From contig JALHQO010000003.1 in assembly GCA_022841905.1 (NCBI GenBank), forward strand, positions 44,236 through 108,235: 64,000 nt of DNA. The letters run 5' to 3'. The first letter of the stretch is position 1; every line of letters starts with the position of its first letter. This DNA comes from Hyphomonadaceae bacterium (lineage in GTDB: Bacteria; Pseudomonadota; Alphaproteobacteria; Caulobacterales; Aquidulcibacteraceae). Below are positions 63,702-64,000 of the stretch, piece by piece. Below the pieces are notes generated by a model. It saw only the letters and a list, made by a program, of their open reading frames with translations, did no database searches and was not told the origin of the DNA. The position numbers and the translations under genes were made by a program.

Positions 63702-64000
63702 ATGCCCGACACCGCCCACCGCGCCCCTAAGCCGCTGCGCGCCGCCATCGTCTATGATTTCGATGGCACGCTCGCGCGTGGCAATTTGCAGGAACACTCG
63801 TTCATCCCCGATCTTGGCATCGACCACGACGTGTTCTGGAAGGACGTGAAACGTCTGGCCAGGACCTCCGACGCCGACGAAATCCTCGTTTACATGCAGC
63901 AGATGATCGAGCGCGCGCGCAAGCTCGGTAAGGTCGTCACGCGTGAGCGCCTGCGTGAGCATGGCGCGACACCATCCTTCTTCGATGGCGTCGAGAGCTG
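63702..64000 (+). CDS. HAD-superfamily hydrolase (phosphoserine-phosphatase-like), 3' truncated by window end
   Basis: Hand-translated from ATG 63702: MPDTAHRAPKPLRAAIVYDFDGTLARGNLQEH. HAD motif I DxDGT. The ORF runs off the window. Confidence 0.6.
   Translation, partial: MPDTAHRAPKPLRAAIVYDFDGTLARGNLQEHSFIPDLGIDHDVFWKDVKRLARTSDADEILVYMQQMIERARKLGKVVTRERLREHGATPSFFDGVES

Noticed and set aside
1-64000. Scan for rRNA, tRNA, CRISPR arrays, IS elements, integrases and prophage genes
   Set aside because: I saw no tRNA-like T-arm (GGTTCGAATCC-type) motifs, no regularly spaced repeat arrays, and no transposase, integrase or phage structural ORFs. Detection by eye is imperfect, so tRNAscan, Infernal and ISfinder-type searches would be needed to confirm absence.

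Overview
High-GC chromosomal segment (judged by eye, not computed) that looks alphaproteobacterial: a Caulobacter-type cpa/tad Flp-pilus locus, a SigF-NrsF ECF pair, a type-A RNase P RNA and a dcw cell-wall/division cluster. I support about 80 protein genes, one ncRNA (rnpB) and a few terminators and operator candidates. Layout: (1) 0-12 kb is housekeeping and stress: PKHD hydroxylase, DUF938 methyltransferase, hbd-etfAB, serine hydrolase, YHS+DoxX, sigF-nrsF, parDE, pheA, esterase. (2) 12.7-13.8 kb holds two tandem unannotated 30-aa peptide genes divergent from a membrane-protein/XRE pair. (3) 13.7-18.2 kb holds kdsB, membrane cytochrome c, MarR, a second ECF sigma pair and an M17 aminopeptidase. 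(4) 18.4-30.8 kb is a complete Flp/Tad pilus locus: TadD-like TPR, PrsW-like protease, tadC-tadB-cpaFEDCBA-pilA, and divergent pilus-N and two TadE-like genes. (5) 30.8-45.5 kb holds amn, a Tyr-phosphatase-like gene, nrdB with candidate NrdR boxes, a cyclase-TPR protein, two tandem paralogous exported proteins, a GNAT, two paralogous CHAP lipoproteins, an RHH protein, a BacNaV-type voltage-gated channel with an atypical filter, fasciclin, a J-domain protein and an amidase. (6) 45.5-60.8 kb holds rnpB and the dcw cluster rsmH-ftsL-ftsI-murE-murF-mraY-murD-ftsW-murG-[4-gene insert]-murC. The most unusual feature is that insert: two paralogous small membrane proteins plus an ECF sigma and a putative anti-sigma, sitting between murG and murC. 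The cluster also lacks mraZ and is followed by an SLC13 permease instead of murB-ddl-ftsQAZ. I recognised no rRNA, tRNA, CRISPR array, transposase or integrase. All family assignments come from motif recognition in the supplied translations; no database search was run.
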